Assembly: GCA_040954595.2 (NCBI GenBank)
Contig: CM082576.2
Location: forward strand, 4,500,760 to 4,564,759
Reading direction: 5' to 3'
DNA: 64,000 bases
Origin: Balanoglossus misakiensis
Lineage: Eukaryota; Animalia; Hemichordata
This document shows, in pieces, positions 12,601-25,420 of the stretch. How positions within the stretch are numbered: the stretch's first letter is position 1; each line of letters opens with the position of its first letter. The notes beneath the pieces are model-generated. The model was not told the origin of the DNA, did no database searches, and worked only from the letters and a program-made list of their open reading frames with translations. The translations under genes were made by a program, and so were the position numbers.

Positions 12601-14836
12601 ACAGCCTCTCCTGCAATGCAAAGAAACACGGACTGTAATCTACCAATAATAACTTTCTATTTAAATACAATGTATATACCTCTTTGGTGTAGATCATTTA
12701 TTTTACCAAGAATTTTGCGATTGTACTACAAACTGAACAAGAAATTTTTGATATGTAGTGATTCTGTGAAGCACCTTTAATGGAATTTCAAACAGTCTCA
12801 TTCCCTGCGTATCCCCGCAAGCCCTTTTCAGCAGCATGTGTCAGCTTTGCAAGACTCTAAAGACCATTGTGACCTGAACAAGAGTGCATTCCAGCAATCT
12901 GGGTCTCCAGTGCAGACACCGCACCCACCTTTGTTACTTACTTTGGGGGGGGTTTATTATGTCCCTGTTTGCACACTACCACAGCTTTGAAGTAACAGTA
13001 TTGTTGTCAGGCTCTTGCAGTGCCCAAAGGTCAAGGACCAGAAATGGAGCTCTCTGGGCCATGAGGGCGCTATTCACATGTGGTGACCAATGGTATGACT
13101 GCATGCAAGGAGAGGCAGCATTTAGAGTTAAAGCGAGGGATGACTTTACCTTTGATTTGAGAAGCTCGAACATCAATTGTGACATCATGATTTTCTCATT
13201 CAGTTGATGTTACAGGTCTCTCTTCAGCCTTGGACTGCTTTAGATCTGAAATCGCATAACTATATTTCATTACCATATTTCTGGACAGGAAATCCTTGCT
13301 GTGTTATGCACATGTTGTTATGGCAATAACGGGCTGGTGGGGACCAGTCAACCAGAACACAATCATCTCATGAAGTAACACCATACAAATCTAAAGGTGA
13401 TAGATACTCCCTCCACCCTCATCACAGAGATACAACGTATACACTGCAACAACTCACCATTGGATTCAGCATCATTGATGACATTGCCCATTTCTCTTCA
13501 GAAGCAGCAAATGGTATGGTACTCCTGTGAGTCACAATAAAAAGTGCATATTCACAATTAGAAATTTGGAGACTGTGGCTTGAGGAGAGGGGGTTTGGGT
13601 GATAATTATCTTTCATTCAGACTTAATTCATAGCAAACGTCGTGCTGCATTGTATCTCAAGCAGTTTTTTTTTAATAGGTTTGGATTTCATACATGAATG
13701 CAAGGTGGGACTATTTTCGACTTTCAGAAGCTCCATCTTCTACATTGCGAGTGAAACGAATAACGGATTTCGCTTGTTGCACAAATTACTTTTACAAGCA
13801 CATTTGACGAGGCATTTGAATCAGCCTGCGACTTGCATTGGGGTGGTTAGCAAGAAAGACGACACGATCACGTTTTTTCGGCAAAATTCAGGACAGCTCA
13901 CCATGATCAATTTTACAATGCAATTCCGCAACGACATTATCTTTGTTGTTTACAGCTTGCTTGGCGAATGAATGCTCGGCACACTCCGATGGAAAGATAA
14001 GCCCGCACAGCTACAGAGGATGCTGGATTTTCTGACGACAAACCACGTACCAGCTAGCTCTGACCTCTGAGATCGACACACGTCTGCGGTGGTAACAACC
14101 ATGAACGTTGGCTATGTACCGTTTTTGTTTTTTTATGTACACACCGTGTTTCGGGACTTACCGGTAACAATGTAACAGGATCAGCCAGAAAAGTTTGATG
14201 AAACTAATTCTTCGTAGCAATATCGTGACACCGTTCATGTCCTGATCGTAAGCAGGAATTACGTTAATCCTTCCCGTTAAACGCTTAACCGATTAGCAGT
14301 TTTGTTGCCGGATGGAGACGAGGGAATGGTCAATTCCATGTGATCTTCGGCACTTTTAACAGCCACGGCCGGCAAACTCCTTATCACGAGCAGGAGCGGA
14401 CGAACAGGACACAAACATCAAGCTGTTACTAACAGACCGTTAGACAGACGCCTATTGACTTTTAAAGATCACATAATCCAGCCTTTATTTATGTATATCA
14501 ACACGCATATCAACTCCACGGGTTTTGTGACAAACAATCGACACGTGACTAAAATTAATATCAAGTGAAAAAACACGGGGTTTCCTAAATTAATTTTTTT
14601 CCATAAAATCCATTTTTTGCTTGTGTAAGTCTACGGTAGCATCAGGACTCATCTGAATACAAAAATTTTCACGAACACTTTTCTTTAGTGTCTTTCCCAA
14701 TGTTCTACGACATTAAAAGTTAGTATAAACACAACTGCATGACGGCTGGTGAATAAATGAAAAGTTCTAGCCGACAAAAAATCTTCTGCGACGATTTCTC
14801 ACGCCTCTCCCGATTGAATCCCCAAAATCTGGATGC

Positions 14837-16361
14837 TCAATACACGTGGTTACGCGGCGGTAACGGTGGCGGTGGTCCGCGGAGACTGCGAGGAGGGGGA
14901 CTCATACGGCTCGGATAGCTGGAAGGGAGTTGCAGTAGAAACATTTTAAACAAAAAATTAATTATGCGCAGATTTCACCGATCTACATTTCAGTCACTCT
15001 GAGTTTACGTCCGGTTCGTTCTCTGGCGTCAAAGGAAGTAGGACGTTGACATCTTTTGAAATGCCTTGTATTTTTGTTACTTTCACTTTCAATTTTTTTT
15101 TGGCTGCTCTCCACTGAAAGGGACTTTCTAATCTTACCTCCTTGGTGGGAAATCAAGGTATGGATCCCTGGGTCGTGGAGGGACTGGTGGCCTTTCATAG
15201 AAACTGTAATTTAGAATATACACACACATAGTTAAAAGTTGAAGTTTAGTTAGGGATTGTCCTGAGAAAAACTCGATCATTCCGAAAACAAAGCAACAAT
15301 GAACCGTAACCTTACCCTGGTTCCATCGGTCTTCTTGAATATGGCGGTGGAGATGGGTAACGCCTGCCGAGGGGACTTCTGCTGCGACTCCTGTAGTACG
15401 GATCGGGGTAATCTGGGGGACGTCTGTAAGGATCGTACATGCGCTCTCTGTCGTAGTCAGGCGGTGGTAGGTCGCGCCTTGGTGGTGGGGGGTAATCCCA
15501 GTATCTGTCACGTGGTGGTGGGCCATAACGTTCCCGCTCTCTCTCCCGGTCTCGCATTCTGTCTCTACCACCTCTGTAGACAGACAAATTTATAAGAAGT
15601 TTGAAAACTTCAAAACGGGGCTCTATTTTAAAACCCCAAACAAAAGGTCAAATCAACAAATACTGTTGTTGGCATACAATACATTACAGAGATACAAGTA
15701 TGAAGCATGGTACTTACCGGTCTCCTCTTGGACAGTCACGTGACCAATGACCTTGCCTGCCACACTTGAAGCACTCTCCTTTGCTGCCCATTCCGGGTGT
15801 CTTGTGTACTCTGCTTGTCGACATCTGAAGAAATGAAGAACCAATATTTAATTCATCAGAACAAATAAGGCATATTAACAGCATAATCACTCTGACACAA
15901 CTGTGTATGCATTCACTAGTCAAGCATGCTTACTGGAGCCAGGACCCCCACCATCAAAACACATTTCATGATCTTACATAAACATACTTCTTTTATAACA
16001 TATAAATCGCTTACCTGTACTTTGATGTTTGTCCCCATGAATTCTTTTGAATTGAGTGCATCCAATGCCTCATTTGCTTCATTTTCTTTTATCATGTGCT
16101 GCAACACACAAAATAATGAATACTAGTACTTGCACTATTATGATCATGACAAAGTACATACTTTGATCAGACTGTTTAATTTGACATCAACTTATGGATG
16201 GTGCATTACAAACAAGTTGAACCAGACTTAAACGAACTTACCACAAAGCCATAGTTTTTGATGACATCACATTCTGACACTTTCCCATATTTTTCAAAGA
16301 GTTCCCTCAGATCTCTGCTTTGTACACTTTTCGAAAGGTTTCCAATGAAAAGTTTTGTCAT
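14837..16361 (-). CDS. RBM4: RBM4/lark-like RNA-binding protein (one RRM + CCHC zinc knuckle + Arg/Pro/Asp/Tyr-rich tail); exons 16361-16242, 16098-16015, 15824-15718, 15573-15316, 15203-15138, 14918-14837; ~238 aa
   Basis: [28 protein letters not shown]|HM.. is a lark/RBM4-type RRM; [14 protein letters not shown] is a knuckle. All five introns are GT-AG and in phase. Stop TGA at 14839-14837. Confidence 0.85.
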
Positions 16362-16640
16362 GGTTGCTGGAAAAGAGAATGATACTGTTAAAAGGCTAAA
16401 TACTGTACCGTCACAGATAAATCTGAAGCTCTTCACATCAAAAATTCTCTAACACAAGTATACACAAAAGATCAGTGTTCATTACATTGTAATTTGTACA
16501 AGTGCATTATGGGTATGCAACATGCACCACCTTGAACTACACTGGTACAATGTATTTGCTACCATTAATAGTACACAAAGAATAATGTGTGTTTGGTGCA
16601 AAAACCAACCCATGGAGATATAAAAAACTGGACTACTTAC

Positions 16641-17260
16641 CAAACGAAAAACTAGATGTGTTGTTTTCCCAATAAAAAAAAGACTGTACCACGTGAACAC
16701 AACAACGCGGCGTCTTCTTCCTTGGCAAAGCTTTTCACTCTCAAACACAAAGAGGGTCGGTGATTGCGTCTAATGTTTAAAACCTTAAGAGTTGCAAGAA
16801 ATGGAAAGACTAAAGAGTGGTTGCTATGGCTCCAATACGACGCTTTAGTTTGTATAATTTGACAGCGACTCAACAACCCCAGCACCGCCACTGCGATCCT
16901 CTACTCTTCCTACAGAAACAACGCTTGTATATTGCAGGTGAAAAAATGCCAACATTTTAAAAACTGTATTCGACTAAGTTGAAAGTATTAATTCGATAAA
17001 AGCCAATAAATTCTAAATTCAAAATATTTATTTTCATTAAAATCATACTACATATAAATATGGAATTATGTGGCAATTGTATATGAAAGAAAAATACACA
17101 AATAATTCAGAATTTGGACGAAGTGTGGCCCTAGAAAGTTACAGATCTGTTGGGCAATGTGGTAAACAAGGTCGTATGCAAAATTCTGTGTGATTGGTTT
17201 ATGTTGTGTGCAGCATCCAATCAGCTAATAGAAGACATCGCGATTTAGAGGTCAATAAGC
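16641..17260. promoter_or_regulatory. Bidirectional promoter region between the RBM4-like gene (-) and UTP25 (+), including a probable non-coding first exon of the RBM4-like gene
   Basis: Divergent ATGs are 900 bp apart. Minus-strand donor GTAAGT at 16640 and acceptor at 16367. Opposed CCAAT boxes (ATTGG ~17193, CCAAT ~17217). Confidence 0.6.
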
Positions 17261-20200
17261 ATGGCTGGTCGTGGACGAGGAAAGAGGTTCCGTCGTGGTC
17301 AAAAAGGACGCAAAAGACAGAAACGAAAGATACCGAAGAAATCTGATGACAAAACAAAAACGCAGCAGACATCTTTCGGGTAATTATTCATAGTTTGAAG
17401 GCGATCCGAAATCGCGATTTCATGTTATGTTTGGATCCTCTTTCGGAAGCTGGCAGCTTCAGCGTACGCAAATGCACGTGTAGCAGACGCACTATCAGCT
17501 GTTGGGTTCCGAAAGACGATCCAAGCAACACTACAAGCACCTGTTGTCCGTGTTCTTCCGCGGGAGTCTCCCGCCCAGGAATCAAGCGGTATTTATGAAT
17601 TAAGCGTAGTAGCTGTAGCTCTCTGCATACAAGTACAGCTATTACAAGGATTCACAATGTCAATAAATAAAACCAGCTGCACTTTTATTGTATTTCAATA
17701 AATGTGTACTCAGAATTTGAATCCAATGTATTTTCTTTTAATAGTGAACCACTTGCGAAAAAAACCAAACACGAAGAGGATGTTCCCTCAGAAGATGTAA
17801 GTGTTGATTTTTAGATCAATTGGAATTGAATATTGAACACGCACAAGATCTAAAATGAGGTCCTCATATACAGTACAGCATCAGCCTACTAAAAAACAAT
17901 AAATGAATACAAAAACAATACAATCAGAAATCTAGAGGGTAATAAAATGATTACCAGATTTGATACGTAATTGATTCAATCTTTCAACAGAGTACCAGTT
18001 CTGAGAGCGAAGAAGATGTCTCTTCATATCAACAGCTGATTTCAACATTGGACAAGAGTATGCAGGAAAAGCCAATAGAATCAGGTGTGAAGCTGTTTCA
18101 TGAACTTGTGCAGTATTGTGTGAGACAGCTGAAATTATTATTTGGACATCTGATCTGGAGGGCAATGAATTTTCAAATTTCATTGCAGATGAGGATGATG
18201 ATGATGAGGAGGAGGAGGAGGAGGAGATAGGTGAGTCTGATGAAGATGGTAACCTGGGTGAATATTCTGGAGAGGACAGCAGATTAGAAGAAACTAGTGA
18301 GGACATCATCCAGAAAGATAACAGGGAGAGCGATGATGAGCATAAAGATAGAGAAGATGAAATGGATGATGCGGAGAGTGTGTTGTCTGATGAAGAGGAG
18401 GCAGAGTCGGAGCATGGTGGCGATCAAGAAGAACAAGAAGACACGGAGGGTGGCAGCAACACAGAAGATAAACACGGTCAGTTTCAGGGCAGGAGCTGGA
18501 TTTTTTCAGTGGGGATGTCATTTTATCAGCCATGATCAATTAAGACAAACAATTGGCATCTAGTATGTGTTGAAACACTTCACTTTAAACTCAAGTAGTG
18601 AAGTTTATTATGGAATAATCTTGCAATCATGTAGTTATTGTATTCATTTTTTTCCAGATCCATTTTATATCCGAGCAGGTTTTGACATAGGAGATGAGAT
18701 TGCAGAGCAGCTAACACAGGGTAAAATAAAAAACAGAACTGAGCTGAAGGTAAATTTTCCTGTCTTTATGTGAATCAATGGCACAAGATTTGTAGGAAAT
18801 CTGATATGACATTGTCTATGACAAAGGTAGCTGTCTCGTTACAAATTACTGAAGCCATGCACTTCAGTAATTTACAGGTGTTGCATGGGTTGCCAAATTG
18901 TACATTTCCTCCAAGTCCAGTTGAAACATTGTGGGAGGATCGAGATACATTATATTTCTGTATCCTCTCTGTGGCGAGAAACCTCTGTACAACAGACGAT
19001 AAATTTCAGGGAATAACTTTCATCTTTGTATGTTTTATGCAGTGGCCAAAGCTGGGAGCCATGACCGACGTGCGTCACTGCAGCGAAGATGTTCCTGTCA
19101 AGATCAACAAACAAAAAGATCCCAGGAAACTGCATGTAAGCAAACAGTTTTACTAGAAGTGTCATTCTTGGCACTGTTCATGTCTTAATTCGTGTCATTC
19201 TCCTGTGGTATAACGCTATAGTGAAAAGTTATTCTAGGTTATGATTCTCCTTTTTACTTTCAGATAAGGAAGAGAATTGCTGATCATTTACACAAAGCCA
19301 ACCAGTCCTGTCTGTCTGATGATTCTGACAACATTTTGTCACCACTGCAGAGAGAACTCTTCTCTGTCATGAATTCCTACAAAGTGAGTCATGTTCTCAT
19401 TTGTGAGGATGACTATGCCACTGGATGGTGTAGTAAACCTTAAAGGATTGAAATTTACTTCTCAGCTATTATAGAAGTGCAATGAAGTCTAATATATTAT
19501 GTTATCATTATTCACAAGAGTTGCGTAATTTTATTTGATACTGTGGTAATAATGAGTATGCTGTTTACTTTAGTTTTGGTGAACACTGTTACTCAAATTC
19601 ACCCAGTTCTGATAGTTACTGCAACCAGTGTAATGATCACTGTAGTTTCTTTTTAGATTGCATATTATTCATTGTTTGTTATATTTTTATTTTCCCCCAT
19701 GTAATACAGGATTTGTACTATCCAGAGAGCAATGTCAAATCCATGGATGAAATCAGACATGCCTACTGTCTCCACGTTCTCAATCATGCAGTCAAGTAAG
19801 TATGTGTGTGTGTGTGTGAAGCCAAACCTGTCCAAACTGAACTGCTTCTCTGAACCAGCAACCTACATTTGTTTTTCCTTGTTCGCATTGCTGACCTTTA
19901 GAATGAGAAACTGGTGATAGCTTGATGAAAACTATAAATCCTTTTTTTTTTTTCATTTTGAAGGTGCAGATCATTAGTGCTGAAACATAATAATTTATTG
20001 TCACTGGGGAAAATCAACCCTGACTCAGAGTAAGTGACATCTTTGTGTGTGCATTTGACATGACTATAGTCCATTCCCACCAGAATACCACACAGCATCA
20101 TTCACGGATGTTGTGACAAAGGTTCGCATGGAAACAGGGCACTGAATTGTAGATACATGCAATCTGTTCAAGTGACGCGAAGTCATCTGAGATATTAATT

Positions 20201-23200
20201 ATTACATCTGTCGACACTGTAGCAGTGATTGCTTCTTTTGGTTTGTGATTTTTACAGTTTGATACGAGACCAAGGTTTGACCAGACCCCGGGTGTTGATC
20301 GTTGTACCATTCAGACACTCGGCATTACAGATTGTCAACATTTTCATCAACATGCTTCTGCCTCCAAGCGAACAGAACGTTGGACACAGGAAACGATTCA
20401 ACGGGGAGTACGGAGACCAAACACTGGTGTCGTCCAAATTGCAAAGGCCAGGTAAGGTTGAAATGTGTACTCAAGCTCTGGTGGAAGTGGGACCCCCCGG
20501 TACCTCAGATAGTCTTTGGAAGGTCCCTCACGCTTTTTAGCACGTGGTTTGATATTTGGTTCTCTGTAGGATGTCTCACTACACATGTGTGGGCACAGTG
20601 TGGGTGAGGTCTGTTGCACATCAAGTATCCCCCATTTTTTAAGACAAATAACAGATCTATTTTTTCTCTATAACAATGGCAGAGGACTGGGAAGCCACGT
20701 TTGCTGGTAACATTGACGATCACTTCCGGTTGGGTCTGGCAGTGACAAGGAAGGGTATCAGGCTCTACACAGATTTCTATTCATCTGACATCATCATAGC
20801 GTCTCCTCTTGGATTAAGAACTGTCATTGGTGTTGAAGGGTAAGTAGTGGCATGCCAGTGTATTCAACCATTGCAAATTTGACACGAGTTTTCTGGTACA
20901 TGTATGCACATCAAGATGGCTCCAAATATCCCTTCCTCTATCTTGTTCAGTCATTTGCATATGTTACTGCACAGATGAAAAATCACCAACAGTTTCTCAG
21001 TTATGGGGCCAGTCTTATCTAAAAACTTGGTAAAAAGAATATCGTCGTGTATGTCTCAGACACCAGATAATTGTGACTCTTGTCTTCCATTCTGTTTTGA
21101 TTTTCAGAGATATGACCAGAGACCATGACTTCTTATCCTCCATCGATATTCTCCTGTTTGAACAGAGTGATGTCTTCCTCATGCAGAATTGGGAACATAT
21201 TCAGGTGAGAAAGTGACAAAGCAGGGTTTGTGTCGTGTTGTGGATCTGATGGCATGTACAAGGCATTTTGCTGACGATAAATGTTAGCTGTTTGGGTATG
21301 ACCGATACGGGAGTTTGAAAGATTTTACTATATCTTGATATGGTCACACTTTGCTTTTACAGCATCTGATGCAGCACATGCATTTACAACCCAGGTCGTC
21401 ACACGATGTGGATTTCTCCAGGGTTCATATGTGGACAGTCAATGGATGGTAAGATAAGGTCACGTCATAGTACCAGTAAAACGGTCAGCACACAAGGCAA
21501 GCTGTACCAGCTGCCTGTGATAGATTCCTGTTGAATGCATTCTGTGATGGATCTACAAACCAACCTACCCTGGTTGGATGATGTGGTAATCTGTGTCATA
21601 TATTCTTGTTTACCAGGTCCAAGTTTTACAGACAGACCCTTCTGTTCAGCAGCATCCAGACACCAGAAATGAACTCGCTCTTCAATAAACATTGCCACAA
21701 TATCCTTTCATGTTAAATGTTGAGAATTATCGCTTGATGAAACTTCCATGTCATTCATTACGTGTCATACTAGAAATGTTACGTCGATCAGATGTCAACA
21801 TTCTGTAAATTTGTTACATTTTGTTAAACGTTCCCGCAGAAAATCTTTTTTGACAGATTTGCAAATATCAAATTTGTTATCTATGAATATGTGGAAAGGA
21901 AAGTTTTTGTTCATATTGATTTTTGTCCTTAATTTTGGGTAAATTATGCTGGTAGAATTGTTGTCAATAATCCCATTACTTCTGGATCAGTTTGTCAAAT
22001 AGCTGCTGCACTGCCTCAGGTAAGCACAATGATATGACCGCCAAGTCAATATATAGATGTTGCTCTTTATGTGAGGAGATTACAGTTAGTATCATGATCA
22101 AAATATGGTGATTTCATAGAAGAATAAAGAATATTTTTTGCCATGTTTGTATACTGATGTACTTTCCTGTCGGGTTAAGAGAAGGTGTGAAAATCCCTCC
22201 TGCTTTGATTCATTTCAGGTCTTTCAACGAATAGAATGTCAGGTTTACTCAGAGTTGCCACAGAAACGATTTGACTACTTCATATCAAAGGTTGGTAGTG
22301 ACAAGTCTGTATACCAGTGCAGTTAATGCATGGTAACTCTGAATGTGATTTCTATAATTGTAAGTTGTTAATTTTGAGAGTGAAATCCTTTTTGAAGCTG
22401 CACAGAGTGGAAACTCATTAAATCTTGATTTCGTTTCAGGTGCTTCCACATTTCCGTGACAAAATGACGTCGGGAACTTTGATATTTGTACCATCGTACT
22501 TTGATTATGTTCGACTGAGAAATTACTTCAGGAAGGAGGAGATTAACTTTGCACAGATTTGCGAGTGAGTAATTTTATTTTGTGTAGTACATCTGTCAAC
22601 AGCAGGATGTGTGTGATAGATTTTGTTCCACCTTAGGGGGCAAATGTTGATGGATCACACCATTAGAACCTGGGGCTTATAATGGATCACATCACAGGGG
22701 CATGGGGGTGCAACATAGCTGTTGTTGGGTCACACCACAGGAATTATGGGGTCATATGAGTCACACTGCATCGCTTATCCCATACAGTGCTGTTGCATTC
22801 ATCACTTTATCTGTAATTCCAGATACACAAAACAGTCAAATATCTCAAGAGCTAGGATCTACTTCTTTGAAAAGAAAAGGCCACTGATGCTATACACAGA
22901 GAGATTTCATTTCTTTCGAAGGTAAGTTTCTAGCTCAATAATTTTAAGCACCCTCTACAGTTTGAAATATGACGAATGGATGAACAATACAATTTCTGAC
23001 TGTGAGGGCGCCATCTACACATATTTGTGCAAGTCGGTGCTATTGGTCCAAATTGAACCCTCTGCATTCACTAGAGTTGACTACATCTGATCAGAAATTT
23101 CCAATCTCACAACTTTTCATCTCCCTGATGGTCTCTTTTTTTTCACCAGGTACAAGATCCGTGGCATCAAACACATCATCTTCTACCAGTTGCCGACGTA

Positions 23201-23387
23201 CCCGCGTTTCTACAGCGAGATGTGTAACATGATAAGCACCAGTGTTGGCACTGAGAACAGTTGTACTGTGGTGTACTCCAAGTACGACGCACATAGACTG
23301 TCGGGCATTGTCGGCGTGCAGAGGTGTTCTCATATGTTGTCGTCTGACAAAGCAGTGCATATGTTTGTCACCGGAGAAGAAAGCTGA
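17261..23387 (+). CDS. UTP25: U3 snoRNA-associated protein 25 / digestive organ expansion factor, 19 exons (17261-17379, 17745-17796, 17991-18084, 18189-18476, 18658-18749, 19043-19135, 19264-19383, 19710-19795, 19964-20029, 20258-20451, 20683-20839, 21108-21204, 21363-21448, 21617-21699, 21943-22019, 22219-22290, 22440-22564, 22823-22921, 23150-23387); ~745 aa
   Basis: Basic N-terminus and acidic tract, then [84 protein letters not shown] and VYSKYDA. All joins are in phase. Confidence 0.95.
21700..21942 (+). other. U12-type (minor spliceosome) intron of UTP25 with AT...AA termini
   Basis: 5' site ATATCCTTT at 21700; branch site TCCTTAA at 21926-21932; the in-frame join (..KHCH-N-YAGR..) requires the intron to end in AA at 21942. 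Confidence 0.8.
22649..22770. repeat. Degenerate ~32-45 bp minisatellite in a UTP25 intron
   Basis: Recurring ggatcacac/gggtcacac...tgggg units, 3-4 copies. Confidence 0.45.
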
Positions 23388-23788
23388 CGAGTCATGGAAT
23401 TGAGGGGGAAATTAACGGTGTGCAAACTTAAAGAGCCAACTTGAACACAACTGTGAATCCCGTCAAATCGGCTCTGCTTGCATTGCATTTCATATAGAGT
23501 GCCCTTGCCATGACCATCCAGGATGGCATACACATGAAGATACGTCAGAAAATGTTGAAAAGCCAGGATATGTTAGCAAAGCCAAATGAAACATTGAAAA
23601 TTGTGAATCAGGACTGGCTATGATGTCTACAGATCATGTGGAATCTTTAAAAGACGTTACTGACTTCCAATGGCTTTCCTGTCTCTAAGGGCCACTCTTC
23701 CACATATTCAAGAACTACATATCTTTGTTGTAGAGTCTACAGAAAGGGCGGAAAGTTGGAAAGACACCAGAAAGGCTCATTTTCTTTA

Positions 23789-23812
23789 AATAAAGATTTT
23801 ATTGCAAATAAA
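23789..23812. terminator. Clustered poly(A) signals on both strands between the convergent UTP25 and TMEM62 genes
   Basis: AATAAA 23789-23794 (+), TTTATT 23798-23803 (AATAAA on -), AATAAA 23807-23812 (+). Confidence 0.5.
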
Positions 23813-24969
23813 ATTTAAAACCAGACTCGAGTAATCATAGACACTGCATTAAACAGCAAATTAACCCAATTGCTGGGAAATGCTGCGACTGCAGATGTAT
23901 TCTGAGTTCAGAGTATAAAATTAAATTACATCCATGACACCACATGAAAGCTCATCACGCTATACACAGCAGACTTTCCTTTATACTTGCAGAGTATACA
24001 AATGGAGTTACATGACTGTTCTGGGAGAGTAAAAGTACAGATTTTCTTTTTCTGTCTTAAAATGCTACAGCTGTTTGTTACCTTGACTGCATTTTCAATC
24101 AACTGCAATGACTCAACAATCAGACCTTACTATTAAAAAGCGTGTCATGAACTTCAATGGAACATGATTGTAATGCAGTACATGTATCTGCTAAATTAAC
24201 CAGCTGCTTAGATAATCAAACTATTTGATGTGGTGGAGTTGTGCGAGACTTCTCTATTATATCATAATTACAAACTTTGTCACAGCGCCTAATAGCAATA
24301 ATTTACCATCATTTTACTTAATAAATATATAATCAGAAATGCTACATTCACATGATAATTTCATACATGAAATTTGAAGTGTGTACATAAGTTAACCACT
24401 CTAAAACACTGATAAATTGAAGTCTGCAGCATGATTGTGTTATATCGTAACAGCATATTAGCCATTTCAGAATGGAATTATGAAATTACATTATATTGCA
24501 TAGTGTGAATGAAATATCTGGTCGGTTCTGAGGACCTGGCTGTCCTACTATAAACTCCACATTTGGATTACAATGCACTCAGACTCAAGGTTCTTCTTAA
24601 TTTGGTGTTTGGTTTGACTGTACCAAGGAATACACATGAAAAATGCCAACTGTGCTGTAAGTAAGTACAACCAGAAGCATAAATATGTACAAAAAAGACC
24701 CCATGGCCTTTACAAGAAAAATAAAAAATTCACAAGAGATGCAACATATACAAATAATACATAGCACCTGATGAGTTGCATATTGGCAATAATTAGCAAT
24801 ATTTGAACTGTATTGTTACTCATCTTAACGATATCTGACTGACTAGAATTTGCCAAGTTTTTGGTTAGTTATTTGCTTCAAAAAAGGCTTTTCGGTGTTG
24901 CTTCTTTCCACTAGTATACAAGGTGTTATGAGCGGTAGCCATGATTGGGTGAAATAAACTTGCCATGCC

Positions 24970-25420
24970 TTATTCTAATTAGAATAATGTAGTGGTGTGC
25001 GAGGCACCTGGTAAATTTGCATTTTATTAACTTATTCTGATTGGATATCAGGGTGTGGACAGCTGTTTCCTCTTTGGTGTTGAGTCAGGCCAGTCTCATT
25101 GCTGTGTAGAACTCAGAGCAGGACACATCTCCAGTTCAGTACAGCTCCTCTCAGACTAAAATGGCCGCCCCCACCATTGAGACCATTGCCTTGTATACCC
25201 TGTGGATGTTTATACCACAAATGTTGACAACAAGGAAGACTTCAAACTCAACGAACTGCAGAAGGAGTTTCGTTTTCTCCCTCCTGTTGGTGATGCAACC
25301 GTTGAATATTACAAACAGTCGCGTATTCCAAAGAATCGCAAACTGACTAGCTGGAGTGTGACCACATGGAATGAATGGGGATGGCACAGAGGATAAACTC
25401 AAGCAGCGAATGCAGCTTCT
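24970..25420 (+). mobile_element. Degenerate Crypton-like (DUF3504/ZMYM-related) transposon fragment
   Basis: ORF 25202..25396 contains RFLPPVGDATVEYYKQSRIPKNRKLTSWSVTTWNEW, resembling the RF..s.ee....k..rvPkNT...T.Wa...w.eW segment of Crypton-derived proteins. Palindrome TATTCTAATTAGAATA at 24971 and TTATTCTGATTGG lie upstream. Confidence 0.5.

Noticed and set aside
19796-20257. Apparent missing conserved UTP25 segment, suggesting a pseudogene
   Set aside because: Resolved by a 66-nt exon at 19964-20029 ([13 protein letters not shown]) that is absent from the ORF track.
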